DNA of 64,000 bases from Candidatus Woesearchaeota archaeon (GCA_043812195.1 JBDRML010000016.1:1-64000), one strand, 5' to 3'; numbered from the stretch's first letter, positions 21,767 through 31,923 are shown. Program-made: numbers and translations. The notes: a model not told the origin generated them from the sequence alone.

Positions 21767-22027
21767 ATGGCAACTGATCTTGTAAAAATGAGTCCAAAAG
21801 GACAATTAGTAGTTCCTGAAGAAATTAGGGAAAATGAAGGATTTATGCCTGGAGATAGATTTGTGGGGTTTCAAGTAAAAGAGGGGGTATTATTTAAAAG
21901 AGTTAAAATACCAGATGTAAAATTAGAATTTGAAAAACTAGCCAAGGACATAGAAAAGCATTTCAAGAAGCAAAGTATAACAAGAGAAGATATAGGTAAG
22001 GCTGTAAGATGGGCAAGAAAAAAGTAG
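21767..22027 (+). CDS. AbrB/MazE-type antitoxin (VapB-like)
   Basis: KMSPKGQLVVPEEIR..GD swapped-hairpin motif; overlaps the PIN gene. Confidence 0.85.
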   Translation: MATDLVKMSPKGQLVVPEEIRENEGFMPGDRFVGFQVKEGVLFKRVKIPDVKLEFEKLAKDIEKHFKKQSITREDIGKAVRWARKK

Positions 22028-22413
22028 TTTTAGACACCAATATACTTATTTCTGCTCTGGGGTGGAATGGAAAACCTAGGCAGATATTCCAAAAATGTAT
22101 AGAGGGAGATTTAGAATTAATTATTTCAAAGGAACAGCTTAAAGAATTAAATAAAGTAATGAATTATCCTAAATTCAAATTTAGTGATGAACAAAAAGAA
22201 ACTTTTATTTCAATTATATTAGAAATTGCTAAAGTTGTTGAAATTAAAAATAGCTTAAAAGTTATCAAGGATGATCCAGATGATAATATGATTTTAGAGA
22301 CTGCTTTAGCATCGAATGTAGATTACATTATTTCAGGAGACCCGCATTTATTAAATCTTGAAGAATTTAAAGGGATAAAAATTTTAAAAGCATCTGACTT
22401 TTTAGATTTGTAG
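22009..22413 (+). CDS. PIN-domain toxin (VapC-like)
   Basis: VVLDTNILISA, DPDDNMILE, IISGDPHLL. Confidence 0.9.
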   Translation: MGKKKVVLDTNILISALGWNGKPRQIFQKCIEGDLELIISKEQLKELNKVMNYPKFKFSDEQKETFISIILEIAKVVEIKNSLKVIKDDPDDNMILETALASNVDYIISGDPHLLNLEEFKGIKILKASDFLDL

Positions 22414-22500
22414 TAATTTTTTTGTAGTTCAAAATCTGGAGAATAGGAAATCTGTATAAAAATTACCAAAAAATAACAAAAACCAAAAACTATATAAACC

Positions 22501-22524
22501 CATAGTTTACATATATAAACTGTG
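22501..22524. promoter_or_regulatory. Putative operator upstream of the HTH-MNT gene
   Basis: Imperfect palindrome CATAGTTTA-CATATA-TAAACTGTG between a TATA-like element and ATG 22532. Confidence 0.5.
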
Positions 22525-22531
22525 AGTTTAT

Positions 22532-23116
22532 ATGAAAGATGTAACTAAAAATGAGATGTCTCTCATTCTAACTATTTTTAAAAGCCCTGAAAAAGACTAT
22601 AATGCAAGAACGATAGCCAAAGAAATAAAGATAACCCACATGGGAGCATTAAAAATAGTCAAAAGATTAGAAAACGAAGGAATTTTAAAATCTAAAGAAC
22701 TAGGCAAAGCTAAATTTTATACATTAAACTTTGATAATGATTATGTAGAACAATATCTAAAGTTTTTGCTAAAAAGGGAAGTTGAACAATCTAATCCTTA
22801 TGTAAAAAGATGGATTAAAGAAATTAAAAAAATAAAGAATGCTGACTCTGCAATTTTATTCGGATCTATATTAATAAAACATAAAAAAGCTAAAGATATA
22901 GACATTCTATTTATTATAGATAGCAAAAAATTTTCAAAGCTAAAAGATGAAATAACAAAAATAAACTCAATTAACATTAAGAAATTACATCCAATATACC
23001 AAACAAAACAGGATATAAAAGACAATATTAAAGAAGAAGATAAACCATTATTAAATGCTATTAAAGGAATAATTATATTTGGAGATAACACAATTATAAA
23101 TCTATTAAGAAAATAA
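22532..23116 (+). CDS. wHTH plus minimal nucleotidyltransferase (MNT antitoxin)
   Basis: N-terminal YNARTIAKEI wHTH; ILFGS...DIDI polymerase-beta motif. Confidence 0.85.
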   Translation: MKDVTKNEMSLILTIFKSPEKDYNARTIAKEIKITHMGALKIVKRLENEGILKSKELGKAKFYTLNFDNDYVEQYLKFLLKREVEQSNPYVKRWIKEIKKIKNADSAILFGSILIKHKKAKDIDILFIIDSKKFSKLKDEITKINSINIKKLHPIYQTKQDIKDNIKEEDKPLLNAIKGIIIFGDNTIINLLRK

Positions 23117-23622
23117 CACATGCTAAAAATAAAGTTGATTGGTGTATTAAAAAGGCTGAGAAAGAATTACAAAAATTAAATAGGCACAGAGGATTGATTA
23201 AAACCAGCTCAAATAAAGGAAAATCTAATAATTTTATAGAAAAGGCAGAACATAACTTAAATGCAGCAATAGAGTTTGAAAAAGGAAATTATTCTGATTG
23301 GTCACCAATTGCCTTTTTCTATTCTATGTATCATTGTTTATTAGCTATAAGTGCAAAATTTGGATATGAATCAAGAAACCAAGAATGTACTCTTGCACTA
23401 ATATATAACTTAATTGAAGATAAAAAGATAGATTTTAATAAAAGATTATTAGATGAGATATCAATGTTAGGCATTCCTAAAGATAAAGAAAGAAGCATTG
23501 TAGATATTAGAGAATTTTATCAGTATGGAACTTCACTTTCTATTAAAAAAGATGTATACAAAGATTTATTAAAACTAGCAAAAGAGGTTCTCTCAAGAAC
23601 CAAGGATTTATTGGAAGAATGA
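23113..23622 (+). CDS. HEPN-domain protein; natural start appears to be ATA 23113
   Basis: KAEHNL, DWS..AFFYSMYH, GYESRNQEC, REFYQYG; frame is open 27 codons upstream of the TTG at 23194. Confidence 0.8.
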   Translation: MTHAKNKVDWCIKKAEKELQKLNRHRGLIKTSSNKGKSNNFIEKAEHNLNAAIEFEKGNYSDWSPIAFFYSMYHCLLAISAKFGYESRNQECTLALIYNLIEDKKIDFNKRLLDEISMLGIPKDKERSIVDIREFYQYGTSLSIKKDVYKDLLKLAKEVLSRTKDLLEE

Positions 23623-23951
23623 AAATAAAAGAAAATAAAAGTCTGTTTTTAAAACAGTTTGGGGATACTCCTCAATTAAGAGTATTAGACTTCCTTATAG
23701 ATAACCATATGTTTGATTTCCCTATGACAGAGATAGCAAGAGAAAGCAATGTTAGTTATAACTCTATCAAAATCTTTTTTCCTAACCTCGTAAAATCCAA
23801 AGTACTAATCAAAACTAGAAAAATAGGAAAGTCTGACTATTACAAATTAAACATGGAAAACCATTTTATTAAGAACCTTATAAAACTTGATTGGACGCTA
23901 ACCAAAGAAAGTATTCCACCAAAAAAGGAAAAACCATTGATTCCTGCCTAA
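23619..23951 (+). CDS. Winged-helix DNA-binding protein
   Basis: FGDTPQLRVLDFL, TEIARESNVSY, RKIGKSDYYKLN. Confidence 0.8.
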   Translation: MKIKENKSLFLKQFGDTPQLRVLDFLIDNHMFDFPMTEIARESNVSYNSIKIFFPNLVKSKVLIKTRKIGKSDYYKLNMENHFIKNLIKLDWTLTKESIPPKKEKPLIPA

Positions 23952-23999
23952 ACCTCAAAAAAGAATACTTTTATTAAATAAAACAAAGTTCTCACCTTA

Positions 24000-25619
24000 A
24001 TGACCAGTATATCTAAAAAACATATAGTTTACTTCTTAATTCTAATCTTATTTCTAACAGGATTATTCTTTAGAGTATCATTAGATGGCTTGCCTGAAAA
24101 TCACCCAGGAAATCTAAAAGCTGCAAATGCATTCTATCACACAATAGCAGCAGATCATATAGCAGAAACAGGGAAAATATTCAATCATCCTTGGTGGGAT
24201 GCAGAAGGTCATGATGACATAATAAGCACAGTATCACAACACGAAGCAGTATTAATAGCTCCTTTAATAAAACTCACAGGAATTCCAGATTGGAACGCAG
24301 CATACTTAATTGTCTGTATATTATCAGCATTAGCTATTCCCCTAATGTACATGTTAACAAGAAAACTATTTAATTCTCATCTTATCGGAATCATAGCAGC
24401 AGGCGTTTTAGTTTTACCTTTAGACTTATCAAACTGGCTTTATTACCAATATATTGGAATTTGGCTACAATCAAGTGTAACACCTTTCATGTTATTATCC
24501 TTCATATTAATAATTGATATCCTTAAAAAACCAGAAACTTGGAAAATTCTAGCACTAGGAATAAACATAGCAGCAGTATTCCTAATGTTCCCTCCAGTAT
24601 TAATTTTCTTATTCCCATTATTACTAATAGTTTTATGGAAATTAGCATTCAAAGAAAAAAAGAAAGCAAAAAGATTAGCAGCATACATCATAATCCCATT
24701 AATCGCAATTATAATCTTCATGCCTAGTTTATTAGTAGGAGATATTGGAGCAAGAATAAACAATGAAGAATCTCCATTTTATTTTGCAACTCCAAACTAT
24801 GATAGCACTCCATTCGCAAAAGGATTTGAAGGCACACCAATCATTTTACTAATCTTATTCGGATTAGGAATAATACAATTATTGTTAAACTATAAAAAGT
24901 ATAGACCATTAATAGCTTATTCAATATACTTTGTAGCTGTAGTATATTTATTCCCATTTTTCATACACAATATGGAATACTATCTAATGAGAATGAAAGG
25001 ATTCTTAATTTACTTAATGGCTCCAATAATAGCTTACGGGATATATTATTTCATAATTAAAAATATAGCAAAATATTTCAACAAAAAAACATTAATCACA
25101 ATAGTAATATTAATCTTATTAGTACTTGGAGGAATATCTCAATTTAACACACTAAAAAGTCAATTAAATTATGAACACATCCCAGCAGACAAATATGTAG
25201 TAGCTAAATGGATACAAGAAAACATACCAGAAGATGAACATTTATTCATGCTTGAAGGAGATTATCAATTAGAAGCAACTTATTTCCAAAGAGTTAGATT
25301 TACATTATACCAAGAAGAATTCGCTAACTACATAAAACAATTACAAGAAACAGGAGACCCAACAGAAGTAACAGGCCATTGGTCAGGATACATAGATTGG
25401 AGTAAATGGAAAACAAGAACTGGATATCTAAGTTTTGAAGAATACGAACCACTAAGTAAAACTCAAAAAATAACAGACTTCAATTACATTTATCTAGAAT
25501 CATTAAACCAACAATTACTAGAACTAAACCAATATATCGCATCTTGGCTAGTACAAGAAAATAACTATGAACCAATATATGAACAAGGAAGGTTCCTAAT
25601 ATTAAAGAAAAATGAATAA
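24000..25619 (+). CDS. Multi-TM GT-C-like membrane protein
   Basis: About 12 TMs; FYH loop; WIQENIP C-terminal soluble domain reminiscent of GT-C enzymes. Confidence 0.6.
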   Translation: MTSISKKHIVYFLILILFLTGLFFRVSLDGLPENHPGNLKAANAFYHTIAADHIAETGKIFNHPWWDAEGHDDIISTVSQHEAVLIAPLIKLTGIPDWNAAYLIVCILSALAIPLMYMLTRKLFNSHLIGIIAAGVLVLPLDLSNWLYYQYIGIWLQSSVTPFMLLSFILIIDILKKPETWKILALGINIAAVFLMFPPVLIFLFPLLLIVLWKLAFKEKKKAKRLAAYIIIPLIAIIIFMPSLLVGDIGARINNEESPFYFATPNYDSTPFAKGFEGTPIILLILFGLGIIQLLLNYKKYRPLIAYSIYFVAVVYLFPFFIHNMEYYLMRMKGFLIYLMAPIIAYGIYYFIIKNIAKYFNKKTLITIVILILLVLGGISQFNTLKSQLNYEHIPADKYVVAKWIQENIPEDEHLFMLEGDYQLEATYFQRVRFTLYQEEFANYIKQLQETGDPTEVTGHWSGYIDWSKWKTRTGYLSFEEYEPLSKTQKITDFNYIYLESLNQQLLELNQYIASWLVQENNYEPIYEQGRFLILKKNE

Positions 25620-25941
25620 ATCAATAAAATTATTAATAATAGAAATAATAATCGTTTTCATAATCAGTATTGTATTAAATAACTTCATAGATATGATAAA
25701 ATTCACAACCTTTTTCATACTCTTATACTTTATCCCAATTCTTCCATGGGTATCAAAAATAAAAATGAACCTTTTAGAAAAAATGATAATAATCAACACA
25801 ATAGGTTTAGCTTTAATACCAATAGTATACATAATAATAGGATCTTTCACAAAACTATCAACAATCTTATATATTTTAGGAGCAGCAGCAATATTTATAG
25901 TTGGGATATTAAAAAATAGAAAAGAAAATGAAAAACATTAG
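25612..25941 (+). CDS. Small membrane protein
   Basis: Four hydrophobic segments; overlaps both neighbours. Confidence 0.6.
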   Translation: MNKSIKLLIIEIIIVFIISIVLNNFIDMIKFTTFFILLYFIPILPWVSKIKMNLLEKMIIINTIGLALIPIVYIIIGSFTKLSTILYILGAAAIFIVGILKNRKENEKH

Positions 25942-26653
25942 TCTATCAGTATTCTTTCCATTCTACAATGATGAAGGAAGTATAAGAAAAATAGTTAATG
26001 ATACTTTAGAAACTCTAAAAGAAATTACAGAAGATTATGAAATAATTCTAGTAGATGATCACAGCCCAGACAAAGTAGGAGAAATAGCAGATGAATTAGC
26101 CAAAGAAAATCCAAAAATAAAAGTTATTCACCATGAAAAAAACAGAGGTTACGGAGGAGCATTAAAATCCGGTTTTTCAAACTCAACAAAAGAATACATT
26201 TTCTACACAGATGGTGATAATCAATACGATGTAAAAGAACTAAAACTATTAGTAGACAAATTAGATGAAGACACAGACTTAGTAAATGGCTATAAATTAA
26301 GTAGAGGAGATCCTTGGTATAGAAAATTAATAGGAAGAACATATCACTGGACTGTAAAAATATTATTCAATTTAAAAATAAGAGATGTAGATTGTGATTT
26401 TAGATTAATAAGAAGAAAATTATTTGATCAATTTGATTTGGAGTCTAATTCTGGCGTTATATGTGTAGAACTAATGAAAAAAATTCATATGCAAAAAGCT
26501 AAAATTAAAGAAGTCCCTGTTCATCATTATCCAAGATATTATGGCAAGTCTCAATTTTTTAATTTTAAAAGAATTTTTAAAGTTGGAATAGGAATTCTAA
26601 ACCAATGGTATAAATTAATTTTATTAAAAAAAAATGGAAAAAGAAGCATATAA
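25928..26653 (+). CDS. GT2 glycosyltransferase
   Basis: SVFFPFYNDE, VDDHSPD, NRGYGGAL, TDGDNQYD, DVDCDFRL. Confidence 0.9.
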   Translation: MKNISLSVFFPFYNDEGSIRKIVNDTLETLKEITEDYEIILVDDHSPDKVGEIADELAKENPKIKVIHHEKNRGYGGALKSGFSNSTKEYIFYTDGDNQYDVKELKLLVDKLDEDTDLVNGYKLSRGDPWYRKLIGRTYHWTVKILFNLKIRDVDCDFRLIRRKLFDQFDLESNSGVICVELMKKIHMQKAKIKEVPVHHYPRYYGKSQFFNFKRIFKVGIGILNQWYKLILLKKNGKRSI

Positions 26654-27356
26654 ACAAACATATGAAGCTGAGGAAAATCACTGGTGGTTTAAAGGAATCA
26701 GAAAAATAATATTTTCAATTTTAGACAAAAAAATAAAAAGAAATGATTTAAAGATATTAGATTCTGGATGTGGAACAGGAATTCTTTTGACTAAATTAAA
26801 AAAATATGGTGAGCCTTCTGGAGTAGATATATCTGAAGAAGCACTAAAATACTGCAAAGAAAGAGGTTTAAAAAAGTTATACAAATCTTCTGTAGAAAAC
26901 CTGCCTTTCAAAGAAAACACATTTGATTTAGTGACATCCATAGATGTAATCTACCATAAAGAAGTTCAATCAGATATAAAAGCATTAAAAGAAATAAATA
27001 GGGTATTAAAAAAAGATGGCCTTGCCTTAATTCAGGTTGCAGCTTACAATTTCATGCTTAGTAATCATGATAAGTTTGTTCACACTCAAAGAAGATACAC
27101 AAAAAAAGAATTAGAAAAAAAATTAAGAGAGATGGGCTTTAAAATTGAAAAAATAACATATATTAACACATTTTTATTTCCAATAGCATTAATTAAAAGA
27201 CTAACAGAATCAAAAAATACAAAATCAGAACTAAAACCACTTCCAAAAATAATTAATGATTTATTTATAAATATTCTATATTTAGAATCAAAAATAATAA
27301 ATATCATAAACCTGCCTTTTGGCCTTTCAATTATTTGTTTAGCTAGAAAACAATAA
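26634..27356 (+). CDS. Class I SAM-dependent methyltransferase
   Basis: EENHWWF, LDSGCGTG, LPFKENTFD. Confidence 0.88.
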   Translation: MEKEAYKQTYEAEENHWWFKGIRKIIFSILDKKIKRNDLKILDSGCGTGILLTKLKKYGEPSGVDISEEALKYCKERGLKKLYKSSVENLPFKENTFDLVTSIDVIYHKEVQSDIKALKEINRVLKKDGLALIQVAAYNFMLSNHDKFVHTQRRYTKKELEKKLREMGFKIEKITYINTFLFPIALIKRLTESKNTKSELKPLPKIINDLFINILYLESKIINIINLPFGLSIICLARKQ

Positions 27357-27389
27357 TTTTAAATAACCAGCTTAAATAATCAACATATT

Positions 27390-28340
27390 ATGTTAAGTTA
27401 TTTCCAAGAAAAAATTAAAAATAAACAAACCTTAATTTCGTTTATAATTGTAGCAATAATTCTAATCTTTTTGGTTCTCAATGCAAATATAAATGAATTA
27501 ATAAAACATATTTCTCAAATAAACCTAATATATTTCATATTAGCTATAATTGTATTTTACTTATCAATATTTCCAAGAGCATTAAGATACAATATATTAT
27601 TAAAAAATATAGGAATAAATCAAAGATTAAAGAATATCACAGAAATTTATTTTCTTTCCTGGTTTGCAAATTTAATAGCTCCTGCAAAGCTTGGGGATTT
27701 ATACAGGAGTTATTTAATAAAAAAGAATTATGGCAATTCAAAATCTGAAACCCTAGGAACAACCTTTGTAGAGAGATTAATGGATTTGATTTTATTAATT
27801 ATCTTAATAAGTATAGCTGGCTTTTTAATAATAGAAGAAGCAGTTTCAGGACAAATAAAAAATTTCTTAATAATAGCATACTTAATACTGATCATTCTTA
27901 TAATTTCAATTTTCATTCTAAAAGGATTTAGAGCAAAGCTAACAAGACTACTACCAGAAAGATTCCAACACATAGTACCAAACTTTGAAAATAGTATGTC
28001 AACATGTTTAACCAAAAAAACAATATTACAAATAGTATTATTAACTATAATTTATTGGGCATTAGAAATTGGAACTCTTTATTTTGTTACTTTAGCACTA
28101 AACACAAATTTATCCTTAATGTTAATAATATTTGTAACTCTGATTTCAGCTTTAACAAGTGTAATTCCACTAACACCATCAGGAGCCGGAGCAGCAGAAG
28201 CAGGAGTAACAGCTACATTAGTAATATTTGGAATACCTTACAGCTTAGCATTCGCAATAGCAATCGTTCATAGAAGCATAGATTATTATTCAGGTTTAAT
28301 CATAGGTACAATTGTTTATATTAAATCAAAATTAAAATAG
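27390..28340 (+). CDS. Flippase-like protein (lysylphosphatidylglycerol synthase TM family)
   Basis: PAKLGDLYR, ERLMD, PLTPSGAGAAE. Confidence 0.85.
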   Translation: MLSYFQEKIKNKQTLISFIIVAIILIFLVLNANINELIKHISQINLIYFILAIIVFYLSIFPRALRYNILLKNIGINQRLKNITEIYFLSWFANLIAPAKLGDLYRSYLIKKNYGNSKSETLGTTFVERLMDLILLIILISIAGFLIIEEAVSGQIKNFLIIAYLILIILIISIFILKGFRAKLTRLLPERFQHIVPNFENSMSTCLTKKTILQIVLLTIIYWALEIGTLYFVTLALNTNLSLMLIIFVTLISALTSVIPLTPSGAGAAEAGVTATLVIFGIPYSLAFAIAIVHRSIDYYSGLIIGTIVYIKSKLK

Positions 28341-28341
28341 A

Positions 28342-28515
28342 TTAAAACTGTGGAGAATTAATCTTTTTTTCAAGACCTGCCTCTATATCATACTCAATCC
28401 ATACATCATTTGATTTAAAATAAACAACAGCTTCTTCTTTAAAAATAATTGGTTCACCCATATCATTTAGATCTTTTAACCCATACCCATATCTTCTTCC
28501 AATCTCTCTTTCCAT
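28342..28515 (-). CDS. Small hypothetical protein
   Basis: 57 aa from ATG 28515, directly after the methyltransferase. Confidence 0.4.
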   Translation of the reverse strand: MEREIGRRYGYGLKDLNDMGEPIIFKEEAVVYFKSNDVWIEYDIEAGLEKKINSPQF

Positions 28516-28532
28516 AATAAAAAGCAGCAGTA

Positions 28533-29132
28533 TTAAACTTTTAAATCTTTCTTTTTCAAAACAAAAACAGAATAAAACCATAAACCACTTTTCATAGGAT
28601 AAAACTTCTCTACATTAAACTTACTCTTTAACATTGAAAGATACTCATTCCCGTTCCTAATATTAGCTCCAACATCATATTTTTGAAGTCTTTTACTAAT
28701 AAAATTCTTTGCGGGAGCATCTTCAATTAATAAAAAAACACCATTCTTCTTTAAAACTCTATGGACTTCATCAATAACTTTTCCAGTCTCTTCTTCACTC
28801 AAATGATGAAAAAATCCACTAACTAAAACAGAATCAAAATATTCATCTCCAAAATCCAAATTCAAAGCATCACCAACCACCATATTTTTACCATACTTCT
28901 CTTTTCCATAATTAACATAGGCCTCAGATAAATCCACACCAGTATAGTTTTCCTTATCAAAAAACACAGAAAATTCACCAACACCGCAAGGAATATCTAA
29001 AACCAGTCCATGCTTAGGCAATTCATTAGCAATTATCTTTCTTTGACTTTTAAAATTTGCCTCTATAACTTTTCTCAAAAAAGTATAAATTCCAGGATAC
29101 TCCGATAATTTATTAGATAACCTCTTTAACAT
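28533..29132 (-). CDS. Class I SAM-dependent methyltransferase
   Basis: LDIPCGVG, GVDLS, FFHHL, RVLKKNG. Confidence 0.85.
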   Translation of the reverse strand: MLKRLSNKLSEYPGIYTFLRKVIEANFKSQRKIIANELPKHGLVLDIPCGVGEFSVFFDKENYTGVDLSEAYVNYGKEKYGKNMVVGDALNLDFGDEYFDSVLVSGFFHHLSEEETGKVIDEVHRVLKKNGVFLLIEDAPAKNFISKRLQKYDVGANIRNGNEYLSMLKSKFNVEKFYPMKSGLWFYSVFVLKKKDLKV

Positions 29133-29184
29133 AAAAGAAGTCAATTTCAATATATATTTAAGGTTTTACCTTTTTCAAAATAAT

Positions 29185-30399
29185 ATGAAAGCTCTATTAA
29201 TAACTGAATACTTTCCACCAATAATACATGGGGGAGGTGAAATAAGCGCATATTCCCTAGCACAAGCTTTAGCAAAAAATAATATAGAAGTTCATGTTCT
29301 TACTTCTTACTTTCCAAACCTCAAAAAATATGAAGAAAAAGATAATATAAAAATATACAGGCTCTTAGAAACAGGATTAAATCCAAGAAAACTAACAGAT
29401 AATATAAAAAGAAACATTCTATTAAAAAGATCTATAAAAAAATACGCCACAGAACTAAATAAAAAAGAAAATTTTGATATAATACACTTTCTAAATACAA
29501 CTTCAATAACAAACTTACCAGAGATAAAAGCAAAAAAAATAGCAACAATAAACAATTACACAAACTTCTGTCCCAAATCAGATTTATATTATACAAAAAC
29601 AAACTTTTCACCAGGAGAAAAAAATTTCAGAAAATATATAATAGAAATGCTTAATACAAACTACATAGGAAAACAAAAATTAAGATTCTATTTAAAATAC
29701 AACCCAGCGTTTTTAACATGGCTATATTTAAATTATCTTCAAAGAAGAAAACAAATAAATTATGTAGATAAATTAATAGTCTTAAATGATCTCATAAAAA
29801 GAAAAAACACAGAAAAAATATACAACATAGCAAATATAGAAACAAAAATAACATTCTATCCAATAAAATCAGAAAACAAAAACCCAATAATTACATTTAT
29901 AGGAACTTTAGAAAAAATAAAGGGGGTAGATCTATTAATAAAAGCTTTCTCAAAAACAAAAGAAGCAAATCTATTAATAGTTGGTTCAGGCTCAGAAGAA
30001 AATAATCTCAAACAACTCTGCAAAGAGCTTAATATAGAAAATAAAGTAGAGTTCACAGGAAAACTAAACCAAAAATACTTACCATATATTTATTCAAAAA
30101 CAGACATAGTAGTATTACCAACAAGATGGCCAGAACCATTTGCTAGAGTTCTATTAGAAGCCACATTTTTCAAAAAACCAATAATAGCTACAAACACAGG
30201 TGGAAATCCAGAAGCAGTAATAGAAAATCTAAACGGGTTCCTAATAAACACAGAACAAGAACTAGCAAACAAGCTAAATATACTAATTAACAATAAAAAT
30301 CTAAGGGAAAAAATGGCTATAGAATCAGGAAATATATACAAAACTAAATTCATAACAGAAAAAATTATAAAGCAAATAATACACCTCTATCAAAAATGA
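29185..30399 (+). CDS. GT4 glycosyltransferase
   Basis: EYFPP..GGGE; LPTRWPEPFARVLLEA. Confidence 0.9.
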   Translation: MKALLITEYFPPIIHGGGEISAYSLAQALAKNNIEVHVLTSYFPNLKKYEEKDNIKIYRLLETGLNPRKLTDNIKRNILLKRSIKKYATELNKKENFDIIHFLNTTSITNLPEIKAKKIATINNYTNFCPKSDLYYTKTNFSPGEKNFRKYIIEMLNTNYIGKQKLRFYLKYNPAFLTWLYLNYLQRRKQINYVDKLIVLNDLIKRKNTEKIYNIANIETKITFYPIKSENKNPIITFIGTLEKIKGVDLLIKAFSKTKEANLLIVGSGSEENNLKQLCKELNIENKVEFTGKLNQKYLPYIYSKTDIVVLPTRWPEPFARVLLEATFFKKPIIATNTGGNPEAVIENLNGFLINTEQELANKLNILINNKNLREKMAIESGNIYKTKFITEKIIKQIIHLYQK

Positions 30400-30941
30400 A
30401 TAAGAAACTCAATATGGGATGTAATAGAAAAAAATTAAATGGTTATCTAAACGCAGATATAAATAATAATACAAATCCAGATATGGTAGTTCCACCATTA
30501 CCTCAAAGACAACCATTTAAAGATAAAGAATTTGATGAAGTATTATTTGATAATTGCATGCAATATGTCCCTGTAATAGATATAGTTCCTAGTTTAAAAG
30601 AAATGTGTAGAATAGGTAAAAAAGTTATAGTCAGTTTTAGTCCTAAAAATATGGTTGGTAGTACTATATTTGAAAGAGGGATAAATATGATTGGTTATTC
30701 TATATTAAGTTTTTATTATTTGGATGAAGAAAATAGAAAAAGTAAATCATGGAGAGATTGGGATTATGATTTTAAGATAAATAAAATTTGGTTTGAATTA
30801 AATTTTAGAAGGTTTTGGCATGTTAGATTATTGGAATGGTGGGTAAATAAATCTAAAAGAAATCAGCAACTGTATGAAAACTCATGTTTATTTTATTTAT
30901 TTCCTGCCAGATGGATATGGATAGAATTTAAAGGAGTTTAA
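30396..30941 (+). CDS. Methyltransferase-like protein (degenerate type 11)
   Basis: KLNMGC..GYLNADI, PFKDKEFDEV. Confidence 0.6.
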   Translation: MNKKLNMGCNRKKLNGYLNADINNNTNPDMVVPPLPQRQPFKDKEFDEVLFDNCMQYVPVIDIVPSLKEMCRIGKKVIVSFSPKNMVGSTIFERGINMIGYSILSFYYLDEENRKSKSWRDWDYDFKINKIWFELNFRRFWHVRLLEWWVNKSKRNQQLYENSCLFYLFPARWIWIEFKGV

Positions 30942-30991
30942 AAAGAACCAGATGAAAATGATGATTTTGAGAATTTAAAATAAGTTAAAAA

Positions 30992-31474
30992 ATGGAAACG
31001 AAGAAAATAAATTTCGGCTGTGGAAAAGATATAAAAAAGGGTTTTTTAAATGTCGATTACCCAGAGATTAATTTGAATAAACCATTACATTATCAAGATA
31101 ATGAATTTGATTATGGTTTGTGTAAATCAGTTATACCTTACTTAAAAAATTTGCATTTTTCATTAAAAGAAATGAAAAGAATATGTAAAAAATTAGAAGT
31201 TGCATTTCCACATTTCTCTGTTGGGACCCCTAATCAAATATCTTATGGTAAGGTCTATTACTTGGGATTTAGTATTAACAATATGTTTCTATTAAAACCT
31301 GATGAGATTATAGTTAAAAATTCTTTCTTTAAAATAAAATTAAAGAAGAAGAATTGGAAAGGGAAATTAATGATTTATTTTGAGCAGTATCTTAGTGCTA
31401 TAATTAAAATAAGAGAAATGTATTTAATATGGAATAAAAAATCTAATAATTCGCAGGAGAAAACAGGGAGTTGA
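30992..31474 (+). CDS. Methyltransferase-like protein (degenerate type 11)
   Basis: KINFGCGKD..GFLNVD, LNKPLHYQDNEFD, FPHFS. Confidence 0.6.
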   Translation: METKKINFGCGKDIKKGFLNVDYPEINLNKPLHYQDNEFDYGLCKSVIPYLKNLHFSLKEMKRICKKLEVAFPHFSVGTPNQISYGKVYYLGFSINNMFLLKPDEIIVKNSFFKIKLKKKNWKGKLMIYFEQYLSAIIKIREMYLIWNKKSNNSQEKTGS

Positions 31475-31570
31475 TTAAGAATGGAAAACCAAAACAATCA
31501 AGAAAAATATATGAAACAAAATTCAATCCTCAAAAACTAATAAAGCAAATAATAACCCTATACCAAAATG
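31453..31570 (+). pseudogene. GT4 C-terminal remnant
   Basis: AGENRELIKNG..RKIYETKFNPQKLIKQIITLYQ resembles the C-terminus of the 29185 GT4. Confidence 0.5.
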
Positions 31571-31669
31571 AAAATAGCATTACTAATACCATCTTTTCTT
31601 CCAATGAATGAAGGAGCAAAAAATGGATTTTTAGTTCCTTCTCAAGATTTAGAATTATTTACAGAAAAA

Positions 31670-31810
31670 GTAACCGTTTAGCTACCTTTTGCTTTATCGA
31701 CGATAAACATGATTTTTCACAAAAATGGCCAAAATTGGCTCAGTGACGTTTTTATTCTCGATAAATTAGTTTTTCACTTTCTTTCAGTGGGCGATCAGCT
31801 AAACGGTTAC
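31670..31810. mobile_element. 141-bp MITE with IS66-type ends
   Basis: Perfect 14-bp TIRs GTAACCGTTTAGCT/AGCTAAACGGTTAC; 8-bp target duplication CAGAAAAA at 31662-31669 and 31811-31818. Confidence 0.9.
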
Positions 31811-31862
31811 CAGAAAAACAAACATTTTAATACAAAATAAAGACTTAAGAGAAAAATGTCTT

Positions 31863-31923
31863 TAGAATCAGAAAATATATACAAAACTAAATTCATAACA
31901 GAAAAAATTATAAAGCAAATAAT
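31863..31923 (+). repeat. 61-bp direct repeat of the GT4 3' end (other copy 30320-30380)
   Basis: 60/61 identical by eye. Confidence 0.85.
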
